This document shows, piece after piece, positions 1 to 13,205 of a stretch of 64,000 nt of DNA. The translations under genes were made by a program, and so were the position numbers. The notes under the pieces were generated by a model. It was given only the letters and a program-made list of their open reading frames with translations. It searched no databases and was not told the origin of the DNA. The stretch comes from Amphiscolops sp. MND2022 (Eukaryota), in assembly GCA_964187785.1 (NCBI GenBank), contig OZ076409.1, positions 8,310,001-8,374,000 on the forward strand, in the 5' to 3' direction. How positions within the stretch are numbered: position 1 is the first letter of the stretch; every line of letters begins with the position of its first letter.

Positions 1-2106
1 CGAATTTTGGTGGACGGAAGAGAAAGAAAGCACGCTTCTTAGAGCGGGAAAAACGATCGTGGAGAAATAGGGAGAAAATAAATAATAATAAGAATAATGA
101 AAATAATAACACAAATACTGCAATTTTGGGAAAACAAACTATGAGATAAATAGTAGTACTAGCTGTAAGAGGCAAAGAAGCATACGAGCTGAGAGAGAAA
201 ATGATAAAACAAGCGGCGTTGGTTGTGGTTTAGTTGTTCGTTGTGGCTGAGAAAAAGAGGGATAGATTATGAAAAAAAACGACGGCGCAGGAAAAACGAG
301 CATAGCATAGGATGCATTTGTTTATACGTCGTGCTTCGATATCATTTATGGTAGCTAATACAGTCGTCGGCCTTCGATTCTATTTAGTCGAACGAGGATA
401 ACAAGGAAGACACAATTCACAAGCGCAAGGAATTCAAATCAGTCCGCCGCTACGGCTAATACAAAAATATGAGATGCGGCGGCGATATTCCCAGATATGC
501 ACGCATATTACGAATTTATATTATTCCTGCCAAAACTGCGCAGTCTTAATTTTTCACGATACGACGCAACGATTGGACCGAAAATCGAAAAAATAGAACC
601 GCGCCACCACCGCCGCTGTAAAGCTTCTATTTTTGAGAAGCACGATTAAGAAGGATGAATTTCTATGTTCTACAGCCTCCAGCCAATGTGTCACATGCTA
701 AAGACATAGTTTGCGACGAATCTAACAGAAATTGCATTGAAAAATACGCTTCCTGTCAGAATTCATGTTTTGCACCGAAAAAAAACGGAGAAAATGCAAA
801 CATCTGAACATCAATTGAAGGTTAGCAGAATCGACAAAAATTGGCAGAGCCTCAAATTAATTTCCTTTTTCGCATCTTTGGAACAGGTCTGCAAAAAACG
901 AAGACAATTTAGCAGTGTTCTGCACGTGATCAAATGCGTGAAAAAAAGATGGATTGAACGAGCAACTGAAACTTGCATGCGTTAAAACATGCAAGAAATT
1001 TTAAAAAAAGGCATGAATAAAACAGTCAACAGGTTGAACAAGAACAAAAAGAAACAATAGAACTTCGATTGGCCAAAAACGAGACAGAAAACGGGTGGAA
1101 ATCATGACATACTCTGCCATGGAACAATAAGGAAGCAGGAAATGGCTGTATCTTTCTCATTCAAAACGGAATTGCAATTTGAAAAGACCCTTTCAGCAAA
1201 GGGGGAGAATGAGATTTGAGAATGAGGGAAAGCGCAAAAAGTAATGCAACTTCATAATAACATGGTAGTGGTTTCGCAATTTCCAATTCCACGATAAGTC
1301 CTTCCCTACGGGAGCCATAAAATGAAACACATTAACATATGCAATTAACGCCTGCATTTAACGTGTTTTTTGTTATGTAATTGCTCAAAGTCGCAACAGT
1401 CAGTTTGATGCTTACCTTTGTAGTGCACGTGCCATTTTAATACCATTGAAAAAACAAACACACCAATGAAGGCTTCAGCGCCATTCCCAGTTTTACCGGA
1501 GCCATTAAATCAAATCAAGGGGTGGGATTTTACATGTTATTTCAACAACACAAAGATTTATGAATTACCGTGATTATTTTCTGACCCCCCCCCCACCATC
1601 AAAATGTTTTTGAAAAATCAGTGGAACGATTAGCATAAAAAGACTTGAAACTAAAACAAAAACCTTCAAAGTTAAATGTATTTCCAGATTGACAGTTTGG
1701 GATCCGGATATAGATTTTATTCACATTTTTCTCCTTATGAAGTCACGCATTCTCGATTAAAAAATCAACGTTTGATTTTTAACTGCAGTCAAATTATCAT
1801 GTTCGAAAATTTTGAGAAATTGGGAAAAACTGAATAAAGGATTGCATATTTTTTTTAAAACGAAGAGTTATTTCAGTTTAGCCTGAAGTCTACAATTACA
1901 AGACGCCCACGGAGCACAGGGATATTTTCCGCTCTGATTTGTCTTAAAAACGACATGTTTTTAAGGGTCGAGCGCATCCAATAAACACGCTAACAAGAAA
2001 GTTCGAACCCTTGCAACAAAATTTGAACAATTGAAGAAAGTCAGGATTTTTCGACAAAATGTTACGACAAAATTGACAACAATTTTCAAATCAAGTTTTA
2101 TGAACA

Positions 2107-2489
2107 ACAAGACGCCAGCTAAGCACCGGAAATATTTTCCGCCCTTTCGCCTTCACCAATTAAGCCATAGCTATTTTGGGAGGGAGAATAGGATCTGAAG
2201 AGTAAGATCTAAAATTTAGTGATTTTAGATCTTATTCGCTTTAGATTTTATTCCCGTCCTGAAATTTTAGATCTTATTCCCGTTAGATCTTATTCCTTTT
2301 TTCGACTTTAGATCTTATTCCCCACTCTAAGATATATAGTTACTTGACTATTTTAGCTGCTAAAATAGTCAAGTAACTAAAACTAGTCACGTAACTAAGT
2401 GAGGTCGGAATATTTGGCAGAATTTGGAAAAAACGCATCACAGATCATGATTTTCCTGCCCCAAATTTATTTTTGGGGTCGGAAAATAA
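2107..2489 (+). repeat. Interspersed short repeat family B (5' ACAAGACGCC(C)GCTAAGCACCGG..., internal TTAGATCTTATTCCC tandem units, 3' hairpin)
   Basis: The same 5' end recurs at 1898 (partial), ~8498, 12873 (minus) and 59240. The shared 3' block is GGCAGAATTTGGAAAAAACGCATCACAGATCATGATTTTCC followed by a CCCCA...TGGGG stem-loop. Confidence 0.8.
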
Positions 2490-4355
2490 CAAGTGACTGA
2501 ACTTCAGCTTTTTCATACCAACCTGAAGCTCTGGTTTCCGGAAACGCACGATCTGGCCTAATTTTATGTTGATTAAGAGTTGGCCGTGTTGTTGATATCT
2601 TTTAAAATGTGAAAAAATGGTTTCTGTTGTGTCGGTAAAACGTAATAAAAGTTTACAAATTGTTGTCAACGTTGCCGTAACAGACTGTAAATACGTATTT
2701 AGTGAAAAGTAAAATTGAACAAGCTGGGAACGGCATAAGTCAGCACACGCTTGAGGATCAAAAAGAACAAAATTACTTCAAAGGTTCGAGCAATCGTTTC
2801 TTGAACAAATCTCAATCTTCGCCAAAAAAACTCAAACTGGACCCACTGGGTTGAAAAGGGCTTTTTTGCAAAAAAATACAAAAACCGAAGCTTATTTTAC
2901 TTGAAGCATCAAAGAACTAAGGCGAGAACCCTTATGTGAGATAAGTTTCCGAAAAAGTCGCAGTGCCAAAAAATCTTCGGATGGGATCCTGAAAACGTTT
3001 GTTTTTCTATCCAAAAATATCAGGAAAACTAAAAGGGGAGCCTTTTGGAAAACTGACATTATTCGAAGAAAACGTCGGACAGTTCGGAAAAACACTCGAA
3101 TTCTTCTGCAATTCAACTACGTATGTCAAAAACGAATCAGTGCACCCTTTCAATCAACTTTGTGGAGGGTTTTTATCACTTCGGATATCGGCTCTTTTCT
3201 GTTCCCCCCCCCACCACCAAAATTTTTGAAAATAAATTTCCTTAAAAACTTCAGACTAGCCTAATTAAAAATAAAGCCTTCTTTCATAACAGGAAGTTAA
3301 CTTCTATTAGAGTAGTTTTCCGCTTGAACAAAACATTGTTCACACATTTTGACTATAATTATGCTCGTATTAAGTGTTTATTGATGACTCAAAACAGGAA
3401 GCTGTTGATTTCTTCATCGAAAAAAGCGTGACTACATATTGAAAAAGTGTGAACAAAGTTTGTATCTGAATCCTAAACGATCACCCTGAGAATAAATTTA
3501 AAATTGAAGCTTTCTGGTTTGGATTCAAGTCTATTTGCTATAAGATTTTCACTAATTCTCCAAAAAAAATTTTGGTGGTGGGGGGGGGACAGAAAAGAAC
3601 CCGGATATCTTAAGAAAAAAAACCGAGAAAGCAAGCCGGGAACGGTCCAAGTCGAAATGTTACCCTTGAGACTCGAAAATAGTTTTTCTTAACAAATGGA
3701 AAGATCAGAAAAATCCACGTGTTAAAAATAAATTTCAGAATTTTTCAAGCAAAGTTTTATAGTGCCGAAAATCCCAAAAGGCTCACAGAAAGCACCTACT
3801 AACACGACGAAAAGCCATTATAATAGTCGCATGTCACTTTATAAAACGCCGACTAAACTTGACAATGTACACTATCACGAATATAGGCAAAACGTTGTGC
3901 GGGCGCCGACTACGGCAGTTCAGTTAATCAATGCGTTTTTCAAGCCTAAAGGGCCCCCTTGTGGTTTTTCGCATAAATTACATAATGTGTTTTTTGGTTT
4001 AGTATTTTATCGTTTTCTCGTTATGTTTTCATGTATTAGTATGTATTAGTATACTTTGAAATTAAATGGTTAGTTCAGTCTTTGCGAGAAAAAAAGCTAG
4101 AATTTTTCATACTGTGTGGGTTTTACAAGGACAAGAGTTGGAATTTTTCGAAATTCATTTTGAAACTCAGTGTATACTCAGAAATTTTGAATTAAACAGT
4201 TTAATATTTGACACTAATTTGAATTGATAATAGAATTGCTGAAAAAATTTGCGCGGCCGCTAATGCGCTAATTAGCGGGTGTCAAAACTCCGATAAAAAG
4301 TAAAATCTTACGTAGGATTATGATTCCAACTCATATACCCGAAAGTTTTTCAACA

Positions 4356-4533
4356 TACATTCAACTTCGGTTAATTCGTACCCGGATAATTCGGATCTTC
4401 GTTTAATTCGTACGCATCTGAGATCCCTATTTTGGGACGACCAAAGAAATATCATCCGGTTAATTCGTATTTCTCACTATTCGTACTATTTTATTCGGTC
4501 CCTAGCTATACGAATTAGCCGGATTCCACTGTA
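4356..4533. mobile_element. Short MITE-like element (Tc1/mariner/pogo-type ends)
   Basis: The left end TACATTCAACTTCGGTTAATTCG and right end CGAATTAGCCGGATTCCACTGTA are imperfect inverted repeats bounded by TA. There are internal TAATTCG repeats. Confidence 0.5.
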
Positions 4534-5039
4534 ATTTGGTTGCGAATTAGAAGTTTCATCTTTATAGATAAAAATATGCGTAAGCTTTTGATTATTTACT
4601 CACAAATTTTGGGTTGAATAGAATGTTATTCTAGAACTTCAAGAATGCTGAGTGGTCGTATTATAAGATGGGAGCGCCTCAACTGAAAACGTTAAATAGT
4701 GAAATATCATTTTGAAAAAGATGCCTGAAAAAAACAGTCAGAAAAAATGTCTGAATGTTTTGAAAAACAGTTTGAAAAAAGTATGTAGGATGGAGCGCTG
4801 CCTGGTAATTGCAAAAAAAAATCCCTTTGAATTATTTTTTTTTCAAAATAGGCTCTCACATTTGATTCTTAAAACCCCATTAGGCGGGCCCCTTAAGTAA
4901 ATTTGACAAATTCTTTGCATTATTCGGTGCTTATTTTTAGATATTTAAAGAAAATGGGTAAAATTGTTCCCAAACACTTAGTTTCCATCAGCTATCTTTT
5001 TTGTGGGTATTTCTACCGCTCGCGTTGGTCTTTTTCAAA

Positions 5040-5441
5040 ACAAGCCGGGAACGCGCCATAAGTCGGCGCCATATCTAAAGCTCAAAAATAGCAAAAGGAC
5101 TTCAAAGTGTCAAGAATTCTTTCACAGTACCCGAAAAACCCAAAAGTTGGACCGAATTGGCGCGCCCTTTCAGATTTTTTAACATCCATTCTGTTGCAAA
5201 TTATTTTAAAAATTGAAGGAGGACCCTTTGAAGACTATAGAAATTTTTCGAAAAAAAGTCTCAATGCCAAAAAAACTGAAAGAGGGACACTTTAGAGGTT
5301 AAGTTCCTTCGGTCAAATGGTCCAATTTGACACCATAAAATTTCGTAGAACATTGTAGAACTATTTTGGTCAGTTCGTGTGGATTGAAAAAAAAGAGTCA
5401 CTATAATAGTCGCATTTCACTTCATGAAGCGTCGACTAAAA
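5040..5441 (+). repeat. Interspersed short repeat family A (5' ACAAGCCGGGAAC...AAGTCGGCGCCATATC; 3' GACTATAATAGTC...GCGYCGACTAAAA)
   Basis: Further copies lie at ~5465-5780(-), ~7385-7696(-), ~7850-8099(-), 9872-10302(+), ~15200-15472(-), 24243-24582(+) and ~27555-27755(-). They carry a subterminal inverted repeat AGTCGGCGC/GCGCCGACT. Confidence 0.8.
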
Positions 5442-8400
5442 ACGAAACGTGTAAGAGATAATTGTTTTTACTCGGCGCTTTTATTAATAAAAGAGCCCGA
5501 CTATTACAGTCACTCGTTTTTTTCTTTGAGACAGACTCGAAGCGACGAAATTTTTGTTCAGTTTATTCAACTAAACGAATACCTGGGAAACGCATCTAAG
5601 TTATCGCAAAGGTCCCCCCTTTCCGTTTTTACTTTTTAAACGTAACATACAAAACCGGATGAGACTAAAGGGTTTCCCTTTTCAATTTTTTTTCAGCGCT
5701 GTGAGACTTTTTTCGAAAATTTTTGTCTTCAAAGGGCCCCCTTCGATTTTATTGAAGTCCCCGCTCGTAATATCCGGAGTTATTTTCTCTTTCGCTTTTG
5801 TTCCTAACTGTGTTCATGCCGCTGTGGAAGCGTGAAATAATTTCATGCACGTGACCTGAAAAGTGTCATTTTCTATGGTATGACGTCACAAAGCACATGA
5901 CGTCGAAGCGCCCACTGGCAAAACAAACGCCAATCAGGATAAGCATTCTAGAGAAGTGGAAACTTAATTTCTCAAAGGAATGTTAAATGGGCAGCCTGGG
6001 AAAAGAATAAACGAACACAGGAAGGGATATATACCCCATAAAACACAGCCGATGAATTTTTAATTTATTTCACGACGCAACCTCTTTATGTCATCACGGA
6101 ATCACGATTTTTCAAGTCTTGGTCAGTCAGGAATGTGAAATTTTTTTCTGACTTGAGAAAACCCACACACACATACACATTAGAAGGGCATCCTTTCAGC
6201 GGAAACAAATGAAGTAGATTGACCATCCTTCCAAGGTTGTTGAGGTGTTTTATTCATGAATGACACACAAGAAAAAACATGAATTAAACATTTTTTTTAA
6301 AAAAAACCAGTTTTTTCACGTTTTTTTCAGACACTTCTTTCCAGTAGTTTATGGTCTAGTTTCTGACTGTTAAATTTGTTTGGTACCTTTAAGCTTTTTC
6401 AGACCAAAAAACCTCAAGTGAAAGATGATATCTGGAAAAAATTCAAAAAAAGTGGATGACTTTCATGTTTTGTATTCATTTGTTACATTTTTGTACAATG
6501 AAATATTTGACAATAAATGGAAAACAGTTCTACTTAACACATTGTTTTCCACGGTAGTTTTCACAAGTGCAAAAAACAATAAAATACAAAAAAACAGTAT
6601 ATTTCGTTACAAAAACATGCTTAATACATTTTTCGTGAAAAAAACTGCATAATTAACAACCTTGCATTCTTCCACTGTCCATTTAAAACGAGCCGAATAG
6701 CATGTGTTTGAAAGCCGACATTGTGGAACTGATTTGGGAATCGAAATAGAGCAGTCTCCCCCAGACTTAATCTGTCCCCAAAAAAGTCTCTGCTTCGCTC
6801 CATTTCATGAAGCAAAAAAAAACTTTCGATTAAAAAAAGGATGGAAAATTGATTTGACTTTCGATACCTTACCAGACAAGGTTGAAATAAAAACTATACC
6901 TGCCTGATTGTGAAACGAAAGATTAAAAGTTTTTTCCGGGAAAAGTTTGTAAATGAAATCTACATCCCTGGTTACAGCAAAGAGTGTTGGAATGATTTCC
7001 GTTTTACTTAACTGTTTTGAACATTCAAAGTAAATGATTTTAAATACATTACTTTTTTAAACTTTACACTGCCTTGATTTCTTGAAACAAAATCTTTGTT
7101 TTAACAAATAACAAATATTAATTCAACGTTTCTTTTTTAGTCGGCGCCTTTTCCCTTAAAGAAAAAAAGCCCGACTATTACAGTGTGTAGTTTTTAGTCG
7201 GCGCCTTTTCCCTTAAGGAAAAAAGCCCGACTCTTACAGTGAGTAGTTTTTTTTTCAGTTGACAAACTCACTCTGAGTGGTCCACTTTTCTTACAATTTG
7301 TTCATCTTTCATATTTGTTCATCTTCCATCTTCGACCAAGCCGGAGAGCGTGGGTTCGATTTTAATGCTTCCAAAAGTACAGGTGAGACCAAAGGGTCCC
7401 CACTTTGGGTTTTATTTCGGCACTATGCGACTTTTTTCGAAAATTTTCGAATTTTATCAAAAGGTACCCCCTTGCATTTTTTTGAAGTTTTCGGTTTGTA
7501 GAAATCGTTGAATGAGCCTGAATGGCCTCTTTTTGAGTTTTTCGGCATTGTGCGACTTAAAAAATACTTTTTTCGAAAAAAAAATTCAAAAATAATTTTT
7601 TTGAAAAAAAAATTTTTTCCAAAAATTTCCAATAGCTGTTCCTTGAATATTTTTGAGCCTAAGATATGGCGCCGACTTGGGACGTTCCCGTCTTGTTTTC
7701 TTTTTCAGCTGACAAACTCACTCTGAATGGTCCAGTTTTCTTACAATTCTTACAACCTTACAATTTCTCAATTTCTCAATTTCTCAATTTCTTACAATTC
7801 TTAGCTTACGAAGTAGTATTTTTATATCATTTGAGAAACTCAATGGGGCCAAAGAGTATTTTCGGCTCTGTGAGACTTTTTTTCGAAAAAGTTTTTTTTC
7901 ACCGAAGGGTCCCACCTACAATTTTTTGATATTTTTGGACAGAATGGATTTTGAAAAATCCCAAATGGTCCCCCTTTCAGTTTTTTCGGCATTGTGAGAC
8001 TTTTTTCGAAAAAAATTCCATAAAAGGGTCCCCAATTCACCAATACTTTGACATTTTTGAGCCTTAGATATGGCGCCGACTTGGGCCGATCCCGGCTTGA
8101 TTTTCGATTGCAATTGGCTGATGCTTTATTTGAGTAACAATCCGAGAACGGCATACATGGTTTACAGTTCATTTTAATAAATTTCAACCATCTTTTTATG
8201 ACGGAAGTTAAAGTTTCATATTATGCAAATTCCTTTTCATTTCCGGTCGTGATTTGTTAATTACACAACAATTAACGTAAAACTCATTTTCATTTTACAC
8301 CGCTCAATTTTATTATTACTTGCTATTAAATATGCAAAACTCCAAAAAGCGGCCGCTATTCAGATGAAATAGGACACATGGTTGTACAAATTTATTTGCA

Positions 8401-8497
8401 TGATGAGAAATGCATTCAAATATGCCGCATATTTGGAATGTCACAGGAAACGATTTTATCTAATATACGAGTGTACATGAAAGAGAATAGAGTAGAT

Positions 8498-8843
8498 CAA
8501 CGAGACGCCTGCTAAGCACCGGGATATTCTCCGACCTGCTCGCCTTCACCAACTGAGCCATTGCCATTTTGGGAGGGAGTTTAGATCTTATTCCTTTTAG
8601 ATCTTATTTCCGCCCTGAAATTTTAGATCTTATTCCCTTTAGATCTTATTTCCTTTTTGACTTTAGATATTATTCCCGCTGTATGCTATTTTAGTTACCT
8701 GACTATCTTAGTTACTAGTAGCTATATAAACTAGTCAAGTAATCAAAATGTGGAGATTGTGGAGATTTGGCAAAATTTGGAAAAAAACGCGTCACAGATC
8801 ATGATTTTGCTCCCCCACTTTAAAATGTGGGGTCGGAAAATAA
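8498..8843 (+). repeat. Repeat family B copy
   Basis: GACGCCTGCTAAGCACCGGGATATT start, TTAGATCTTATT tandem units and terminal hairpin CCCCCAC...GTGGGGTCGGAAAAT. Confidence 0.75.
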
Positions 8844-8849
8844 AAAACC

Positions 8850-9660
8850 CGTGGAGCTCCGAGACGCCAGATTTCACGATGAACTTCGTACTTTCATCAA
8901 AAACCAAGTTCAGGAAAAAGCTGATATTACCCTGAAAACATTGAAGCTGAAAGTTTTCGAAAAATTTGAAGTGAGCCTCTGTGTCACTTCTATTAATTTT
9001 GTCTGTCAGATTTTCATCAAACCTTCAGAAGAATTCATGTTGTTACTAAGAGATCGGTGAATGAAGGAATCCGAAATCATCGAATAGAGTACGCACAGAG
9101 CTTCCAAGACTTGATAGTTGAAAAAAATGCATCTTTAATGTGGATGAAGTTGGTTTCAATGTTTCCATGCGATCTAAATGGAGGGGCCCCTCCATGCCGG
9201 GCACGTAGATGTGAAACGCCCGTGATGACCGCACCAGGTATCAGAAAGAAAAAAATAAGCATTTGTGCAGCGATGAACAAAAATGGAGACATATTCACAG
9301 TTAAATAAAATATGCCTTTCAATACAATTTCTTTCAACGATTTTGTCATTGACCTAGCGTTATACGCAGAAAAAAAGGCTACTTTAGTTGCACTTTCGTT
9401 ATGGATAACGTCCCTTTCCACAAATCGGAATTACTGTCGGAACTCGTGGTCATGAAATCATTGTTTTGCCACCCTATTCGCTACAATTGAACTCACTCGA
9501 AAATATGTACTCTAAGGTGAAAAATACCCTCCGCTAGGCTGAAGCAAGAAATGCTGATCAACTTGATTTACTTATCGAAGACGCTTTCAGAGGTGTTACC
9601 AGAATGACTGTTGTGACTACTTTCGTAACATGTTATGCGAAATGCGTTCTCTGGAGGACT
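8850..9660 (+). pseudogene. Degenerate IS630/Tc1-mariner superfamily (DDE) transposase
   Basis: Frameshifted fragments read ...ADITLKTLKLKVFEKFEV..., RIEYAQSF...MWMDEVGFN, ISICAAMNKNG, FVMDNVPFHKS and LPPYSLQLNSLENMYSKVK. This is the D, D and LPPYSP.LNPIE motif order of the family. Confidence 0.8.
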
Positions 9661-9871
9661 AATTAAAAAGAATAAAACATTTTTCAAAATTCGTTTATCA
9701 TCTGGTAAAATTTGTGAAAAATTATGAAAATGAATATATATTTATGAAATGTTCTCAGTACAAAATGAAAAACCTAATTCCGTTATGTAAAGATGGTTGA
9801 AAATTGTTAAAATGAAGTGTAAACCTCGAAAATGAATTTCGCCGCAAAATTGTATGTTGGCGTGAACGAAA

Positions 9872-10302
9872 ACAAGCCGGGAACGACATAAGTCGGCGCC
9901 ATATCGAAGGCTCAAAAATACCAAAAGTACTTTAAAGTTTCGACTATTTTTTACAGTACCTAAAAAACCCAAAAGTTGGATCGAATTGGCGCGCTAAAAG
10001 GGGCCCTTGATATTTGTCAACATTTCGGTCGCAAAACGTCAAGAAAACTGAAGGGTGGACCCTTTGCAGTCATTGAAAAATTTTCGAAAAAAGTCTCACA
10101 ATGCCGAAAAACACTGAAAGGGGTCCTTTGGTCTCGCCCGGAAATTTTGTTAGGCGAAAAAAAGGAACAACCTTTTTGGTTCAGCTCCCTGGGCCAAATG
10201 CTTAAATTTGACACCATAAAATTTCGTAGAACTACTAGGAACTATTTTGGTCAGTTCGTGTGGATTCAGTTGCGTTTCGCTTCATGAAGTGCCGACTAAA
10301 AA
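9872..10302 (+). repeat. Repeat family A copy
   Basis: ACAAGCCGGGAACGACATAAGTCGGCGCCATATC ... CTTCATGAAGTGCCGACTAAAAA. Confidence 0.8.
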
Positions 10303-10810
10303 CGTAAACAGAGTTGTTGCGTCGTGTCTTCAAAAACATCATTTTCTTGTTTTCAAATACAAAATTTTCAAAAACCAACATGAGCTCGATTCCTTTCGAG
10401 ATTCATATTCGATGAAAACATTCTCATGAATCGGCTAACTTTTGAGCAAACTCGGTGCAATTTTGAACGGCAAACGGCATAATTGTTATCGAATTAAATC
10501 AATTTCAAGACAGCATAGAACGACTTGCTCATCAGCGGGAATCTTCATTCTGATCGAGGGAGCAATCTATTGACCTGATGATCGACTTGAAAATGTGCAA
10601 TAGTGAGCTTATTATAACAGAGGGGGATCCATGCAAGTATCATCATCATTAGATGGTTAATTATTCCAGTAATTAGTTGAAAACATTCGATGATGATCTC
10701 TTGTTACTTCAAGCATCTATTTAGCCCCAAGCAAATTCAAACTATCAGCTATCTATCACTCAGGTTGATAATTGTTACAGCATTCCAGAATCAGAAACTC
10801 TGATAGCAGA

Positions 10811-13205
10811 AAAAGGGCAATAAACTCACAACAAACTTGATCGATTTGGTAAAATTGGAAATTTTGCAGTTTTTTTCACTTTGGCATAAAATGGGCTTCT
10901 TCGTTTTTGGTAAAACTGGCATTTCGTTCAGTGAAAAATCAGTCTCTCTGAAATGATAAGTGACCACTAGAAATTTCTATTGCAAACACTGTCTATGGGC
11001 TTAAGAATAGAGCAAATGCTGACTCATGGGAATAAAGGTTTTGACATCGCTGATTTTTTTTTGCAAAGCGCTAAACCGCTAATTTTACAATCCCTATTTC
11101 GCTGAAAAGCTGTTTCTGCAAACTATTAATTGTTTACCATCAAGTACGTTTCAAAACACCTTATTTCAGTTTTTGGGAGAGAAAAGACTAAAAATTTTTA
11201 TACTGTGTGGGTTTCACAAGGTTAGGTTTTTGGAATGTTTCCGAAATTTATTTTGAAAGTGAGAGGAAATTTTTAATTTGGACATTCTATAAGTTGCCCT
11301 TAAATGGAATCGCTGAAAGCTTCCTTTGTGGCCGCTTTCGCTGAATGGCTATACAGCAGTGTCAAAACTTGGCTCGGGATATACAGTACTGTGATTTTTA
11401 GAAAAAAAATTAGATTCGACTTTCTCGAAATCGGTTGAGAAAATTGGAGAAAATCGGAAGTAAGTTTTTTGAAACTTCATCTAGTTTCATCGTTAAAAAC
11501 TGATAAAGTTACAAATAGATGATTTTGAGCAAAATTGAGACTTTTTGCCGTTTTTCGAAATTTGACCGTTTGATCCACAGTTTTTGGTATGCTAAATTAA
11601 CAAATTAACTCCCACAATTCTACTGAATCCATGGATGTACTTTGATTTCAAAAATAATCAACAGTTTTCGAAATACCATGCTCGGAAGGTAAAATTTCGT
11701 CAATTTACTTGTATTAGGATAGGAAACTATATTTCGCGGTGAAAAATGCGAAATTTTTTTTACCTTTTCTCACTCAAAAAAATTATCATTGAATTCTAAG
11801 CAGCCTGCAGAATCCAAGGAATTTAATATTTTCAGAAAAAAATCAAAAGAAAATCACTAGAAAAGGGGCGATAAACTCAGCAAACTTGATCGATTCGGTA
11901 AAACAGGAATTTTTGCAGTTTTTTACACTTTGGCATCAAATGAGATTCTTCTTTTTTGGTAAAACTGGCATATCGTTCAGTGAAAAATCAGTCTGCTTTA
12001 AAATTTTTAGCGCAAATATTGTCAATGGGCTTAAGAATAGAGCGAATGCTGACTCATGGGAATAAGGGTTTTGACATCGCTGATTTTTTTTGCAAAGCGC
12101 TAAATCGCTAATTTTACAATCCCTATTTCGCTGAAAAGCTGTTGCTGCAAACTATTAATTGTTTAATTTCAAGTATGTTTCAAAACACCTAAATTCAGTT
12201 TTTGGGAGAGAAAAGACTAGAAATATTCACACTGTGAGGGTTTCACAAGCTCAAGATTTTTGGAATTTTTCCGAAATTCATTTTGAAAATGAGAGGAAAA
12301 TTTTATTTTGGAAATTCTATCAGTTGCACATAAATGGAATCGCTGAAAACTTCTTTTGTGGCCGCTTTCGCTGAATGGTTATATAGCGGTGTCAAAACTT
12401 GGCTCGGAATATACAGTACTGTGATTTGAAAAAATTTACATTCGATTTTCTCGAAATCTATTGAGAAAATTGGAGAAAATCAAAAAAAAAGTTTTTATTT
12501 TCCGCCCACATAAATGGGGGAAGAAAATCGTATCATAGTCTGTGATGCGTTTTCATTTTCCGCCCACATAAATGGGGGAGGAAAATCATAATCTGTTATT
12601 TTCCGCCCACATAAATGGGGGAAGAAAATCATAATCTGTGATGCGTTTTTTTACTAATTCTGCCAAAACTCCACTTTACCTCCACTCCATTTATGCACTT
12701 AGTTCAATTATGGTGGCTCAGTCAGGTTGAAGGTCCTGGGTTCGAACCCGGACTGGTGCTTGATTTTTTTTGTTTTCCAGCCAGTAGGTCGTGGGTTCGA
12801 ACCTCTCCTTCGCCATACTTTTTTGCAATACGCATGTTGCGGAAAATATCCCAGTGCTTAGCGGGCGTCTTGTTTTAGAATTTAATGTAGTTTCATCGAC
12901 AAAAATTGAGAAAGTTACGAATAGATGATTTTGAGCAAAATTGAAAATTTTCGCCGTTTTTCGAAATTTGACAGTTTGATTCACAGTTTTTGGTACGCTA
13001 AATAAACTCCCACAAATCTACTGAATCTATGGATATTTTTCGATTTCAAAAAATATCAACTGTTTTTGAAATATCATGCTCGGAAGGTAAAATTTCGTCA
13101 ATATCCGATTATTTTCCATTTAGACTGTTTTTTGAAAAAAAATTATCATTGAATTCTAAGCAATCTGCAGAATCAATGAAGGAATTTAATATTTTTAGAA
13201 ACAAT
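10811..13205 (+). repeat. Tandem duplication of a ~1 kb unit (10811-~11840 and 11861-~13205); second copy interrupted by a family B insertion
   Basis: The two copies are collinear and similar: AAACTTGATCGATT.GGTAAAA, GAATAGAGC.AATGCTGACTCATGGGAATAA, GTGTCAAAACTTGGCTCGG and AATTATCATTGAATTCTAAGCA occur in both. Confidence 0.85.
12497..12873 (-). mobile_element. Family B insertion with triplicated terminal hairpin
   Basis: It ends in GTGCTTAGCGGGCGTCTTGT (reverse of the family B 5' end). TTTTCCGCCCACATAAATGGGGG is repeated three times at ~12497-12630. It is absent from the paralogous site at ~11465. Confidence 0.8.

Noticed and set aside
2195..2330. Regularly recurring TTAGATCTTATTCC units resembling a CRISPR array
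   Set aside because: The units are short, have no unique spacers or cas genes, and lie in a eukaryotic context. They are an internal minisatellite of family B.
6660..6820. Possible piggyBac C-terminal cysteine-rich remnant (..LCFAPFH)
   Set aside because: Too short and degenerate; no TTAA/TIR or catalytic motifs could be supported.
12710..12805. tRNA-like sequence (TGGCTCAGTCAGG ... GGTTCGAACCC); similar on the minus strand at ~59295-59345
   Set aside because: A/B-box-like pieces only. There is no complete cloverleaf or anticodon arm, and the sequence lies inside a family B repeat.
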